A stretch of 64,000 nt of DNA from Octopus vulgaris (taxonomy: Eukaryota), in contig OX597818.1 in assembly GCA_951406725.2 (NCBI GenBank), positions 67,580,001-67,644,000 of the forward strand. The letters run 5' to 3'. The notes beneath the pieces were generated by a model. The model ran no database searches and was not told where the DNA came from. It was given only the letters and a program-made list of their open reading frames with translations. This document shows, piece by piece, positions 26,912-40,924 of the stretch (its first letter is position 1; every line of letters starts with the position of its first letter). The position numbers and the translations under genes were made by a program.

Positions 26912-29243
26912 TCAGTAGTTTTATTTTTATAGCGTGCTTTCACTTCACTACCGAGCGCAGCTCTGTGTGCCTTGGGTATGTGCTGTGATTTGTTGTGATG
27001 CTCTGATGATTATTGTATGGAAAGTGTTCTGCGTAGGATGTGTGCAGTACCTAGTAGTGCAATTTTCTGTATGTTATATGTATTTGTAAGTCCTGGTGTT
27101 TTTGTTATGTATTTGTCTGAATGTTTTTTTATCATGCCTAATGCACCTACTATGATAGGAATTGTTTCTGTTTTCAGATTCCACATTCTGGTTACCTCTA
27201 TTTCCAGGTCTTTGTATTTTGAGAGTTTCTCCATTTCTTTTAGAGACACGTTGTCATCAGCCGCTATTGATACATCAATTAGAAAGCATTTTTTTTCTTC
27301 ATGATCTCTGACAATTATATCTGGCCTGTTGGCCTTAATTTCTCTATCTGTGTGTATCGGCATATACCAGAGTATGGTTGCTTTCTCGTTTTCTGTGACC
27401 TTTTCTGGTGTGTGCCTATAACATCTTTTTTCTGTTGTTATTCCATAATGTTGGCATAGCTTCCAATGTATGTAGGTTCCAACTCTGTCATGTCTGTGAA
27501 TATATTCCTTCTTAGCCAGGACTGGGCAGCCAGAGATAATATGATTTATTGTTTCTTGTCCATCTCCACATATTCTGCAGTTACTTGTAATATTTCTTTT
27601 CATTACATGTTTTTGGTAATTTCTGGTGGGGAGGCTGTGGTCTTGTGCTGCAATTAAAAATCCCTCTATCTCTGCTTTGAGTCCTGAGCTTCTCAACCAT
27701 TGCTGGGATTTTTCTTTGTCTATTTCTTTTGCGTTTAGTTTAGTCCAGTATTTACCATGAAGGGGCTTTTCTTGCCATCGTTTTATCATGGTTCGTTGCT
27801 GTTCTATTTTTAGTTTGGATTTCATTTGTTTTATAACTTTTGTTGTTTCTTCATCTTCTTCTTCTTCTTCTTGATATTTATTAGGTGGTATGATTTCTTG
27901 TTTGTATTTGTCAGCTTCCTTAAATACTGAGAACAGTTTTTTGTTTTGCTCGTGTTTTGCCGCTATTTGTAATAGTTTTCCTTCCTTCTAAAGTAGATAT
28001 TTTTTCAGACCTATGGTGGTAATTTTATAGTAATTTTTCAGTTGTATAAGGCCTCTACCACCTTCTAGTTAGTTAGATAGTTAGTTAATTTAGCTCAAAA
28101 GCAAATAGCAAGGCCATGTAGGGGGACATGGAGTTAAGTACAGGGTGGTGTTCATGTAAAGAGTTCAGGCCACTTGAGGTCCAGGGAGGCTTTGAACAAA
28201 ACGGTCGTCGGCATCTTCACCATCTCTTGTGGCAGATTGTTCCACGGATCCGCAACCCGGACGGAGAAAGCTCCTCTCCTTCGATTGAGATGAAATCGTC
28301 GCAGGTAGAGCTTTTCGGAATGACCCCGCAGCCGACGTTTTATATATAGTCTTTCTATGTCAGATTTTGGGTGATGCATCCTAGATCCTGTCATTATTTT
28401 TCTTGTTTTCCTATCTATCTTGGTCAGTTCATTTCGTGTCCAGTTAAGGATATTGTAGCTGTAACTTATAACTGGGACATCTAAAGTGTTGATACCTATT
28501 ATCTTGTTTTTAGTATTGAGCTCTGGTTTTAGTATTGATCTAACTCGTCTATAATATTCCTTTTTTATTTTCTCTTTCATTTGTGTGTGTTGTGTCTTAT
28601 CTAGTTCATGGATACCTAAGTATTTGTAAGTTTGGCTTTTGTCTAATTCTTTTATTTCATTGGTTTTATCTAGTGGAATGTTGCTACTCTTAACTAGTTT
28701 ACCCCTTTTCATGGTTACTTTGGCGCATTTTTCTAATCCAAATTTCATATCTATTTCTTTGGTAAATCCATGAACTGTATTTAATAGTGTTTCCAGCTGT
28801 TTGTCATTTGCAGCGTATAGTTTTAGGTCATCCATATATATAAGGTGGCTGATCGTTTTGCCGTAACATTTATATCCGCATCCAGTTCTATTTAGTATAT
28901 CAGATAGAGGTGACAGTGCCAAACAGAAAAGGAGTGGAGAAAGCGTGTCTCCCTGGAATATTCCTCTTCTAATGGGGATGTCTTTGGTTTATCATGAGTC
29001 CCTCTTTTGTTTGGAGGTGTAGGACTGTTTGCCATTTATTCATAGAGTGCTCTATTAATTTTATGATTGTTGGTGCTACTTTGTTAATGGCTAGTTTCGA
29101 GGATCCATGTGTGGGGGATGTTATCAAACGCCTTTTTGTAGTCGATCCAGGCCATACTGAGGCCTTTCTCCTTTATGTGGCTGTCTTCAGTTATGGCTTT
29201 ATTAATCATTAGTTGATCTTTACAGCCATATGAGCCTTTGCGG

Positions 29244-29246
<3 letters not shown>
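26912..29246 (-). mobile_element. 5'-truncated R4/Dong-like non-LTR retrotransposon (RT, CCHC knuckle and restriction-like endonuclease), disrupted
   Basis: Motifs CRKGSYGCKDQL, WIDYKKAFD, IFQGDTLSP, HLIYMDDLKLYA, KFGLEKC, YKYLGI, CRICGDGQETINHIISGC, RHD and NRPDIIVRD..KKCFLIDVS. A short 3' UTR runs into (TAA)n, and (TAA)n also lies at the 5' junction. Confidence 0.95.
28068..28334 (-). mobile_element. 3' fragment of a CR1/L2-group LINE nested inside the R4-like ORF
   Basis: LRGHSEKL...RRGAFSVRVADPWNNLP is a CR1-type ORF2 end with an (AACT)n tail. It splits the host motif RLYIKR|EGGRGLIQL. Confidence 0.85.
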
Positions 29247-29317
<71 letters not shown>

Positions 29318-29319
29318 GT

Positions 29320-29390
<71 letters not shown>

Positions 29391-29404
29391 CATCATCATC
29401 ATCA

Positions 29405-29452
<48 letters not shown>

Positions 29453-29515
29453 CATTATTATTGTTGTTGCTGTTGTCGTTGTTGTTGTTGTCGTTGTTGC
29501 TATTATTATTATCAT
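29245..29515. repeat. (ATT)n compound microsatellite
   Basis: Direct reading. Confidence 0.95.
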
Positions 29516-31559
29516 CCTAAACCCTCAGCGGCTGTTTCTCGCTAAACACAGCACTCCACCTCATGTAAAAATCTCCTTGCGGAATATTTTTGTTCTTTCA
29601 AACTTTGTCTGATAATCATACTTTTATTAACACATTTTTAGTTTTAATCAATTCATTTCCCCTATCGACCTTCCCTTTTATATTAGTTAAAGTTGTGAAC
29701 ATATCGAAGGTGTGTGTCTTCAGTAGTGACACAAAATTAATTGTTACAATCATAATAGAAAATCATTCGGTGATATCCTCAGACACTGCACCACCTAATC
29801 AAATACACGAGAAATTATTATCATCTCTGTAGAATTTCAATGTCACTTTAGTAATCACTTTATGGTATTTATTTATCTTATCAATTTCTTTCTGACTTCA
29901 AAATTGCAGACTACATTTACTATCCTTTAATTTCTCCTTTTATCATTCATTCTAACGTTTAGAATTTTTCTATATTAAAAGAATATCTGGTACGGAGTAC
30001 ATCACTGCAATGTCTGTTTGGAGTGTAATTTTCTATATGTGTCTTGTCGTTTATTTTCGTCCAATTTCGTTCGTGAGTATTACAGATAACTTTTCTCATT
30101 GTTCTAGACATATTTTAATAAACTTTCCCCTTTATAACACTTGTGCCAGGTCCTTACTTACTAATGCGAAGCGAGCGGCAATTTCTCCTTTTTCACCACA
30201 TAAACAGCATAGCGTTGACATATCAAAATTATCAAAGATTCTGGTTACTCTTGTTCTTAGGCTGACATTGTCCAACCTTTTGTGGAAATTTCTTCCCACC
30301 CCTTTTCTTGTACAGCAACTTCCAGACAAGATCCTTGAAAATGCAGTGTTCTAGCAGATAGTTTCTTGCGTTCTTATTTCGTTCACTTTTCCTTGTTGCT
30401 TCCGGTAATATCATCATTCGCTCTTCCGGAATATCTTTGCTCTCGGCATTTTTATTTACTTTGTTTACGTTATTTCCTTTCTGACTTAGAGATGCTTTCA
30501 CTGCATCTCAGCCTTAACACATGATTTTCTGCGCTGTTTATAACTCAGTCATCTACAATCATATATACGGTATCCAATACTGTCCATCAAAATCAACATT
30601 GTATCAAACATATATCGCCAACGGTGTTTTAGCTTTTGTACCCACGCATCGTACTTCTTCGATGTTGCAGTTAATGGCGCCAACATATATGTCGATAGCT
30701 GTGACAGCACCTTTAACGCTTCGATGAAAACTTAATCAAACATTTATATTCACCTTACAGTGATTTCTTCCTTATATCATAAGTAATTGTGCCGGCAAAA
30801 CCGTTTGCACACCAGAAGAAATTATTAGCCGCATTTCGTGTGTTGTTACGCTAAGAGCTCAAAATCCACCGAGGTCGTCTTTTCGTTTCTTCCTTTCGAA
30901 ATCGATAGAATAAGCGCCTGTCAAGTATTGGAGTTGATAGAATCGAGTAGACCCTCCCCACAAATTGCAGGCCTTGTGCCTATAATAGAAACAATAATAT
31001 TATCTTCAATATTGGCGGCTGCCAAAGCACCTGAGCACTCAACTGTTCTCTGTTTACTTAACAATACAATTTATATTTTTCTTTGTAACAAATTCAGTTT
31101 TTCTTTTCGCATGGGTTTCACACTCTTCTTAATAAGGATATCACACTTTATAATGACCGAATCTATTCTTCTGTATTGTCTGGATCCACGAATGTTCTTC
31201 ATCAACGTTTCAAATTATTTTCTTCCAAACACCAAAATTTCAGTTCATGGCAATTGATCGTTTCTTTATAATTTTTAAATAGGCTCAAGCATCTTTTTAA
31301 AAATTTGGAACCATCACGTTGTTTTTTAAAGGTTCAAACTTCATGCAAAATTCACAGGTGAAACCTATTGCTTTTATAACATCCTTGCGGAAATATTATT
31401 CGTAATTTCATGAAATCTTTACATGTCTTTGTTTAGCTACTTCTAGCCTGCTCAGTGCTCTGAGGAATTGATTGATAGACGACCTCTACTGGGAGATTTT
31501 TTAGATATTTTTATAAGAAGATTCAATCACATTTACTTGGTTATTCTAAATTTTATCGT

Positions 31560-32160
31560 CGAATAGCCTACACTGCTAAAAGGGTCCTAGCCTAAGGGCT
31601 TTTTATTAGGACGATGAACATGGTGCCTATATTTATATCTTTACTTACAATTCCCAATACACCAATTGCTATAGGCACAACCTTTACTGTTTTCATATTC
31701 CTAATTCTTACAATTTCAAAATTTAAAGGATTGTAGTTTTTCATCTTTCCTCTTTAGAATATTGGAACTAAACGGACATGATGTAGCAATTAATAAGCGA
31801 CTTCACTTTTCCTTCTTTATTATTGTTATGTCCGGTGTATTTTTTTTTCTGGTTTCTTGTCCGTTTGAATAGGAAAGTCTCACAAGATTTCACAATTTTC
31901 CGACTCCGGCACTCTTTCGACCCGACCTTCATAACATGTATCTCTAGCTTTAAATCTCCATTTCTGACAAAGCTTCCAGTATCAAACTTTTGCAACCTCC
32001 ATTTCTCATATTTCTCTTGTGTCAAGTTGGGGCATTCTGCAAAATTATGTACCTCTGTCTTGTTCCACGTTCCATAGATTCTACATTTTCTGAGGTATCA
32101 TCCTCATATACATTGTTCACTAAGTTGTTTGTCTTTATCGCCTGAACCTGGGATGCGACC
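31560..32160 (-). mobile_element. Decayed R4-like endonuclease region
   Basis: Minus-strand remnant NMKTVKVVPIAIGVLGIVSK matches the C-terminus of the 27 kb ORF. Confidence 0.6.
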
Positions 32161-32399
32161 ATAAAGCTCCCTCTAACTTTCTTTATCGTTATTGTAGTAA
32201 TTTATTTGTAATCTGTGTGTTTGTTGTAATCAATTGCCGAGACACACCCAGCGTCCTAAGGCGAGTGAAGAAAAAGAGATGTTACAGAATTACTGAAAGC
32301 TTGGGGAGGGGAAGTGCCAGGGTGGCAGGAAAATTTTTGCATGTAATACAGCATAAGAATTTAAATTGATAAGGTTTTTCTAAGGATTTGAGCAATACT

Positions 32400-32740
32400 T
32401 GTCAGCACAATCTTTTGGATTTCTTTGAGACATGGTTCTCCTGGGATGCTATTTAGATGCTTTGAACATCCATTTTCACCATACATATGGAACCTACAAT
32501 AACAGGAATAGTTTTCACTTTAAGATGACTTATTTTTCTTTGTATTTTGATTTCCAGTTCCTTATATTTACTGAATTTGTCGAATTCCTTTACTAATATA
32601 TTTTTTATCAGTGGGGACACTTACATCTATTTGCAAGCATTTCCTTCTCAGTCCTTGATGACTAGGCCTGGAGAGTTCTGTGGGTGCTGACTGGTAAATC
32701 TAAGAGGATAATGACCTTTTTACCTTCAATGACTGAGGAT
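32400..32740 (-). mobile_element. Decayed R4-like endonuclease region next to (AAT)n
   Basis: Remnants KCLQIDVSVPTDK, FSKYKELEIK and KTIPVIVGSI. Confidence 0.75.
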
Positions 32741-32774
32741 GATGTCCATACCAATAAGCAAGAGTTCCGATTTT

Positions 32775-32815
<41 letters not shown>

Positions 32816-32829
32816 TTATTATTATTATA

Positions 32830-32904
<75 letters not shown>

Positions 32905-33449
32905 TCTATTATTATAGCAACCTCATAAGTACAAAATAAACAGGCGATGGAATATGGAGATTGTGAAGATAGTGCTAATTATTGTTGGGTCCTTGGGAAC
33001 AATATCAGAAGACGTCAAGGGGATATAAACGGAATTAGACTAGGGTGCCCAGTTACAAAAGCACACAACAAGGATTAAAAAGGGAAGTTCACAGAGTATA
33101 ATTTATTTATTGATATACAAAAATCGGATTTGTGATGGTTGCCTGGAGCTAACCATCGCCTACAACATAAACATTTTGTTTGGCATTAAAAAGTTTTCAA
33201 AGGGTAAATAGTTAAGTTGGAATTGAAAGAAGAATCTCGGAAACGGATGTAAAGAAGTAAAAAAAGACAATAACAAAATGAGAATATTGAAAATAGATTG
33301 GGAAAAATCAAATTACTTAACATTTAGTAAGAATGTTATATTTTTTTTTTAAACGTTAAAATAGTAAGAATCTGTGTAGACCTAAAAATGTGAAACTACG
33401 ATATTCAGAAAATGAAAAATGTGGACATTCTTCAGAGTGAAATTTGTTT

Positions 33450-34900
33450 TGCTTCAGTATTGTTATTTTGCTGCCTATTTTCACCGTACCACAGAGTGCA
33501 GTTCTGTGTGCCTTAGGTATGTGCAGCGTTTTCTTTAGGTTTTTATATTCTTATTGCATTGTATTATTTATTTGAACTGTAGAGGTGTGCTATTTTCACT
33601 GCATTATATATAGAAGTCCTGAGGAGTTTCGTTATGTATTTGTCCGTTGTGTTTTCAATTATTCGCAAGGAAACTATTTCTCTTGCACAAAATATTTGTT
33701 TTCAACCGGCTGAATCAGGTTATCACTATTTCTAAATATTTATGTTTGGTTGAGTTTTCTGTTTCTTTTGGAGATAATTTTTTTTTATAATTGGACTAAA
33801 ATGTTATCAATAGTCTCATCCCTTCTTGAGAGATTTTGATAAAGATGTCGTGAACCGCTTTACTCCACCATCATCATCGAACAACATAAAGCAATTTAAA
33901 ACTATGTTTGATACCAAAGTTGACCAACTTTATTCAATGACAAACGTCTATTACCTTGCGGTTTTCATTATGTTGTACAACCCCTGCATAAGCAGCAGCT
34001 TTGTCATCTCTCTACATAATTTGTACCGACAAAAGCAAAGCAGTTGCAAACAATGCAGTTGATGGATTTAATCTACCTTCCTAGGCCACAATATTTGCAC
34101 TTCCCTTCCGAGCCTAAACACGTTCAGTTACCATCTTTATAGTTGCATCGTGCTTGTGAAATTTCTTGGTGGCAAGGTTTTAGTTTTCTTCTGTGATATA
34201 AATGCCTCCTCTCTTTAGAACGCGTTCCCCGAGCTAGTAAAGAATTGCTGCTTTGCATCTGCTTCTAATTTACTGCGTTTTGTTGGTTATTGGTTATATA
34301 GCGGCCTTTTTCGCCGAACTAATCATACATTTTCTAGTAGCATTTCCAATTCAGCGTTTAACATGTTTTAATAGTTTCTCTTGCTGATCTCCAACTTTCT
34401 TACAGATGTCTGTTACGTCAACCACTTGCAAAAAAAGAAAAAAGAAAACAGAAAACGGTTTTCTTTTGCTTTGTTTTCTAAACTCTGTAGTTATTTTTAT
34501 TAATTTCTCTTTATATTTTACCTAATGCATTTGTGGCTGCGACTTTGCGGGGTGCATTATAAATTATTCATTAATTTCATTGCTTTCTAATCTTGTGAAT
34601 TCACTTACATTCCAGTTGCGAATATTACGAGTATATCTTATTATTGAAACAGTTAGAATATTGATGCATAATACCTTATCTTATTTTTTTGTACCTTTTT
34701 TTGGTATTTGGTTATGCAATAACCATTAACCTTATGCGTCTCTCGATATTCCTTTCTAACCGTTTTTGTCTAAGTTCCACTCAGTCTCTTTCGTTATTCT
34801 TAACTTACTGTCTGTGTTTGATCTAATTTAATCATTTCTGTTTCTTAATCTAACATGCTGTTAGTGATTTTAATTAATTTTCTACTCCCCAAGGTCGCTT
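33450..34900 (-). mobile_element. Decayed, internally deleted R4-like copy
   Basis: Its 3' UTR GAGTGCAGTTCTGTGTGCCTTAGGTATGTGC matches 26953-26983, followed by degenerate endonuclease sequence. Confidence 0.55.
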
Positions 34901-35060
34901 TGGTACATTTTTCTCAACAAAATTTCTTGTCACTTTTCCTACTGACTCCATCCATACAAATAACAGCTTTGTTTCCAGTATTTTGTTATATACATCATAG
35001 AAATTCAAGCGCCTTTGCAATACCATTTTCCTTTATAGTAATGATACATTTATCTACATA

Positions 35061-35098
35061 ACCATCCATCTATCTATCCATCTGTCTATCTATCTATC

Positions 35099-35171
<73 letters not shown>

Positions 35172-35232
35172 GTCTATCTATCAATATATCTAACTAGCTA
35201 GCTAGCTATCTACCTACCTACCTATCTATCTG

Positions 35233-35275
<43 letters not shown>

Positions 35276-35380
35276 GTCTATCTATCTTCTATCTGTATGT
35301 CTGTCTGTCCATCTATCAATATGTATGTATGTATGTATATGTAGGTACGTATGTATGCATGTTCGTATGTATATATGTAT
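35061..35380. repeat. Compound (ATCT)n/(CT)n/(TA)n/(ATGT)n microsatellite
   Basis: Direct reading. Confidence 0.9.
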
Positions 35381-35600
35381 ACGAGGTCGTGCGGAAAAGT
35401 TTCTGGCTTCGGGTATAAGAAAATACAGGAAAACCAGTTAATTTTGATTTAATTCGAGATATTCCCCTCTCAGATTTATACATTTATTGCAGTGGTACTT
35501 CAGCTTTCATAAACATTGTGAAAGAACTCGGAAGGTTGGGTCGCGAAGAAGGCTTTTCACAAAACCCTTAGAGCCAGTTAATTTTAAGACCCTCAACTTC
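35380..35600 (+). mobile_element. Mariner-like transposon end (one terminal repeat)
   Basis: TA-CGAGGTCGTGCGGAAAAGTTTCTGGCTT resembles mariner terminal inverted repeats; no partner repeat was found. Confidence 0.5.
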
Positions 35601-38600
35601 GTCTATAATATATATTTGGGTAGACACATTGCGGGATACCATTTAAATCTTATTCACTATATTCGTCAACCTGATGCCGTTGAAAGTATGAATTTAAATG
35701 CTACGAGATTAGTTCAGGAATTCTCTCGTGACCATAGAGCTCATAACATATGACAGAAAGAGATGTTGAATGGAATTTACGAGATACTTTCTTAACCAGT
35801 AAAATTGGTTCCTCGCAGGTGAGATGCTGTACAAATAACTGCGGTGCATCTGTCGGTGGAAATGTGCCTCATTAGGTGATTTGGCAAAAGGCACCTGGTT
35901 CTTTAACCTACATTTCGTTTAATTTGATTACGATGCATTTTGGCAGCTGTCTCTAGCTACTCGTATGCACAAGAAAGCCTGAGAAATGTTTTTTTATTTT
36001 CTGTTCAGTTTTCTAGTGTATGCGAGTAACTATCATCAAATACTACGATGTGATTAACCATGATTAAAGAATGAGGTGTATTTTGACAAGATACCTGAGG
36101 AGGCACAAAATTTAACATTATAAACTTTATATTTTTATTCTACTAGTCTCTTCTTTGTTTCTATGGATAGCCAAAATGCCAATATTTTTAACACGCACAC
36201 TGGTTCGATTCCACCCCTGCATTATTAGTCAACTGGTTAAATATCCTACTAACTAATCGATTGTTTGTTTAATTTGATTAAACAGTAAGCCATTTATATT
36301 ATTTTGGTTCGTCAAATCTATTTCATTGCAATTTGCAAGGTTTTCAATGAAAAATCAGTACAGAAATGTTTAATTCTGTAGGTAGTAGAATGCATTTAAT
36401 TTATTAAACAGGAATTAATAGAAACATTCACTACTATTGGGCAGGAAACGGTTTTTTTACAAAAAAATTATGTCAGTATATAATTTCTGTACAACCCTTA
36501 AGTAGAGTTATAGACAGAACATTTTTCTTTTCACCGCAGGTTCTTTGACAAGATGCTTCTGTGCAAAACATTATTGGTTTGGAAATGTAGCGTATGTTTG
36601 CTCTTGGGATTCTCAGGAGACAACGTGAAGTACTTACAGTCAGTGGTGTTTCATTTCCTTGATTTAATTCCAGAAAAATCACACCTCATGCGCTGAAATT
36701 ACTTACACTTGAAAATTCCATGCACATGTTGGAATTTATTCCAAACTTTGGACGTGCTTCTGTAAATATGCCGCCTACCAGTGTCTAAGTGTAGGTTTAT
36801 AATTATCGCAGTTTCTTTGTATCTGGTTTTTACACGCAGATACATAATCCCATATTTTATTCATAAAGGTACATTCGGAAAACTATTGTATTATCTCTTC
36901 TATACTCAAATTGTGAGACTAATTTTCGCCAGAAATGGATTTCTCTTTCCGCAGAGCATTCGTTGCTCTTTTGCCTTGTGTCGTAGATAGATATGTAAAG
37001 TTGAATTATTTTTCTTAAAGGGATTCAGAACGTATATGTATGTTGCTAATGTCAGGCCTTAGAGTTGTTATCTGTAAGCCCAATATACATCTTGTTAGAT
37101 ACGTTAGCGTGTGTGTTACACATATATATTGTAGTTATGCCATGACGTCACAAGCACTAGATTTATAGACATCATGTCTAATGCATTCTAGCGTTATTCT
37201 TCAAATGTAAGTGGCAATATACATCCTAGTAAATGTTTCCATAGAGATCTAACATTTCCTGTTTTGCCAGCACTCATGCTTATGAACTGGTCGTTTCGTG
37301 GGTAATATTCTGAGAAGGTACTGTTAAATTATTTAAGAATTATTTTCTTTATATTGTTCGTTTTCATTTGCTTTGTGTGTATTTTGAAAGGTGTGTGTGT
37401 AACAATGTTCGCTTGTGTAGTGGAAAATGAACTCATACCGCAAAACGGATGTCTTCTGATAAAATGAAAACTTTGTGATGTGAACCCATGACACATATCA
37501 GAAAGAAACAAAGTAAATTCGTTAGTTTAATTTATAAAACAATGTAGCAAATATGGATGTAGAGTCTAGAAACACTAATAGAAGATGAACAGATAGCGAC
37601 ATCTATTAATTAGTACGTGACAAAAGAGAACTAAAGACGAGCTGTTAATGTGAGGAAAGAGAAAGTACAGAACGCTCCTACAAAGCGACGTTAATTGCAT
37701 CACAAATAAACGCCATCAATATAGTAAAATTTAAATATTACATTAAGAAATATAGTGCTCTATTATTCATAATAGTTATTTGTCTCATAAAGTAAAACAA
37801 TAACTGTTCTCTGATAGTTTCACATCAAATGATGATACGTTGTCAAATCTACTTTAATCCGAAAATGCCAGTTTGCAAAAACTCTTATTTTAACATATGT
37901 AAAAAGCCATAATCAGGAAAATTGATCAAACTACATCGCAAATGCATTATCGAATACCACACCGCAAAAGACAAAAAAGATCATTAGTTTTTCATAAATT
38001 TTGAATAAAAGATAGGTAATCATGTTAAAGGTGATAAATTAGCAGATTAGGTCGAGCGTCGGATATATTCCTTCACATAATCGCTCCAAAACTCTCCACG
38101 CCTGAGTTCAAATTCAATTGAAGTCATCTTCATTTTTTATCGTTTTGAGGTTGATAAATAGAGTGCTAGTTTCCTGATATAGTTGATGGTTCTCTTTCTT
38201 TCTCTGTCGCATTCTGTATTTTTCACTTCTGAAAGAAATTCTCTATGGTTTAATCGGAAAAGTATGCTCCCCCAGGTTTAAATGTACCTACGACATACCC
38301 TTCTGTCACAACAGCAAATCTACAGTCACGGCGCTGAGCTTCCACGGTAAGTTAACACAAAAGAGTCACTCTTGTAACGTTTGTTGAATATTACAGATTC
38401 CCAATATCTTTTAAACTTTCCTCGCAGATATAAACGAGCCAGATGTTAGGATATTATTGTCAGCTCAATTACCGATATTATTTGGTTCATATTTAATGAA
38501 AGCGTCCATTGTTGATCACCTGCTACGTAAATTCGTATAACTCTCGAGTAAGTAAACAAACACTCATACACAAAAAAGGCTGGCGCTCTGCGGCCCATAC

Positions 38601-39225
38601 TTACACATACAAATCTATATGCATTTCAGATATGCTTACGAGACGAATCCCTGCCTCTCAGATTGTCGTGTTATTGTACATGGCAATTAGACCCAAGACG
38701 AACAAAATATTTAGATAATCGCAACAGAAACGATCAGAATTGGTAGAGATAATTTAAAAGCTATTGTTGAATATGTCGTGCAGTAGAGTTGTAGTAACAT
38801 TCCGACAAGCCCAAAATACGATGTAATTACCAATGAAGTGATTTCACTTCATTTATTCCTTGCAGTGTAGTCGGATATGTAATATCCGGTGATACTCAAT
38901 AAACTAAACTCTTTGAGATCTTCCGTGTTAGCCTGACGTCATACACTACATCAAAAGAGATATTTATGTAAAGTGTTCACGAAATATGAAGTGAATAAAA
39001 TTACAAAATGTTTCGGGGTGTTTTAACAGCAGACGGATAAGTTTCACTCCTCTTGTGAGTATAATATTAATAGAGATAAACACTTATATTTTTATCAGAC
39101 GCTTGATAGGGTTCAAATATTAATCTCCGTAATCTAAAGGAACCCTAAAACGAATATGAACATCTATGAATATATTGCGTGAGGGCACGAGTTGTGACAT
39201 ATATATATACAAATATATATATATA

Positions 39226-39640
39226 GGCGCAGGAGTGGCTGTGTGGTAAGAAGCTTGCTAACTAACCACATGGTTCCGGGTTCAGTCCCACTGCGTGGCA
39301 TCTTGGGCAAGTGTCTTCTGCTATAGCCCCGGGCCGACCAATGCCTTGTGAGTGGATTTGGTAGACGGAAAGTGAAAGAAGTCTGTCGTATATATGTATA
39401 TATATATGTATATATATGTGTGTGTGTGTTTCTATGTCTGTGTTTGTCCCCTTAGCATTGCTTGACAACCGATGCTGGTGTGTTTACGTCCCCGTCACAT
39501 AGCGATTCGGCAAAAGAGACCGATAGAATAAGTACTGGGCTTACAAAGAATAAGTGCCGGGGTCGATTTGCTCGACTAAAGGCGGTGCTCCAGCATGGCC
39601 GCAGTCAAATGACTGAAACAAGCAAAAGAAAGAAAGAATA
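39226..39640 (+). mobile_element. CORE-type tRNA SINE (family B), near full length
   Basis: A box TGGCTGTGTGGTAAG, B box GGGTTCAGTCCC, CORE-like TCTTGGGCAAGTGTCTT, an internal TA/TG microsatellite and an A-rich tail. Confidence 0.85.
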
Positions 39641-40021
39641 TATATACACACACACATATATGTATATATATATATATATATATAGTAATTATAGGATTAT
39701 GTTGAAGATAATAAACAGAAATATTATTATTTCTGCTTTAAATAATTCAAGTGTGAAATAATGATAAGAATATCCTACGCAAAATATACAAGTAAATCCT
39801 GAATAAAGTGAAAGTTGCGTCTATTTCGAAATACGAAACCGCAAAATATATTTAAAAATTTAGAATGCTTTTCCGAGAGATTTCTCCAGTGAAAAAATCA
39901 GATCATATTACAATATGGACGATAACAAATCTTTTACTTGGTTCAGTCATTGAACTGCAGCCATTCTAGAGCACAGACAGAAAAATAAAGACTCAAATAT
40001 CATACTCACACCCTCACACTC

Positions 40022-40087
<66 letters not shown>

Positions 40088-40093
<6 letters not shown>

Positions 40094-40582
40094 CTTTATA
40101 AAAATAGGGTAAAGTTAAATAATTGACTTTACCACACACCGAGCTTTTAGAAATAGCAGCCAAAAATTTGGCTATTTCTTCTACTGCAAGAAAAGTCTCC
40201 CAGACAATGCATACTCAGAAATTACTCACATAGGTATAAGGGAAAAACAACGAAAGGTCACATCCATATGAGATACCCGAGGACAAGCCTGTTTCTGGAT
40301 TAGTATCTCATATGCATGTGATCTTTCGTTGTTTTTCCCTTATACCTATGTGAGTTATTTCTGAGTATGCATTGTCTGGGAAACTTTTCTTGCAGTAGAA
40401 GAAATAGCCAAATTTTTGGCTGCTATTTCTAAAAAGCTCGGTGTGTGGTAAAGTAAATTATTTTACTCAAACCCTATTTTTATAAAGTAATATTTCAAAT
40501 ATACCGTAAATGGTCGTTCTACATACCGAACACTGCTCGGTCGAATTAATTAATAATTAATGAATTCTACCCTTTTTTATTG

Positions 40583-40587
<5 letters not shown>
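40088..40587. mobile_element. Long fold-back element between (TA)n tracts (arms about 189 bp, 26-nt loop, unpaired tail about 95 bp)
   Basis: 40088-40276 is the reverse complement of 40303-40493 with few mismatches. It is homologous to 46805-47408. Confidence 0.85.
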
Positions 40588-40648
<61 letters not shown>

Positions 40649-40801
40649 GACGCCCAGCTCCTCTGAGTGTACCGGGCACAAGATGTTATACAGCAGGACA
40701 TCTTTTACTGCATGTATATGAAGAAATAAATTAGTAAATGCAAAGCGTGTACAAATAAAATGTAACGTACGAAAACAGAATGAACAGACTTTAATGTGTA
40801 T

Positions 40802-40924
40802 CACTACGACTGTTTCGGTGCGTCAGTATCAGCTGTTGCTTGTTGAATGATACATATATTATTCAGATACATTAATATCAACCAACGGCAGCTGTTGTAA
40901 CTGCATGCCTTGAGGGGAGTAGTG
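40802..40924 (-). ncRNA. Degenerate type I hammerhead-like motif with a long stem II
   Basis: Minus strand: CACTAC..CTCAAGG..long hairpin (CAGCTG/CAGCTG, GTTGA/TCAAC)..CGAAACAGTC-GTAGTG; the 5' core is corrupted. Confidence 0.4.

Noticed and set aside
27003-27030. CTGATGA near the R4-like stop codon (also at 8204) as ribozyme cores
   Set aside because: No stem II hairpin or GAAAC arrangement follows; these are chance matches within LINE sequence.
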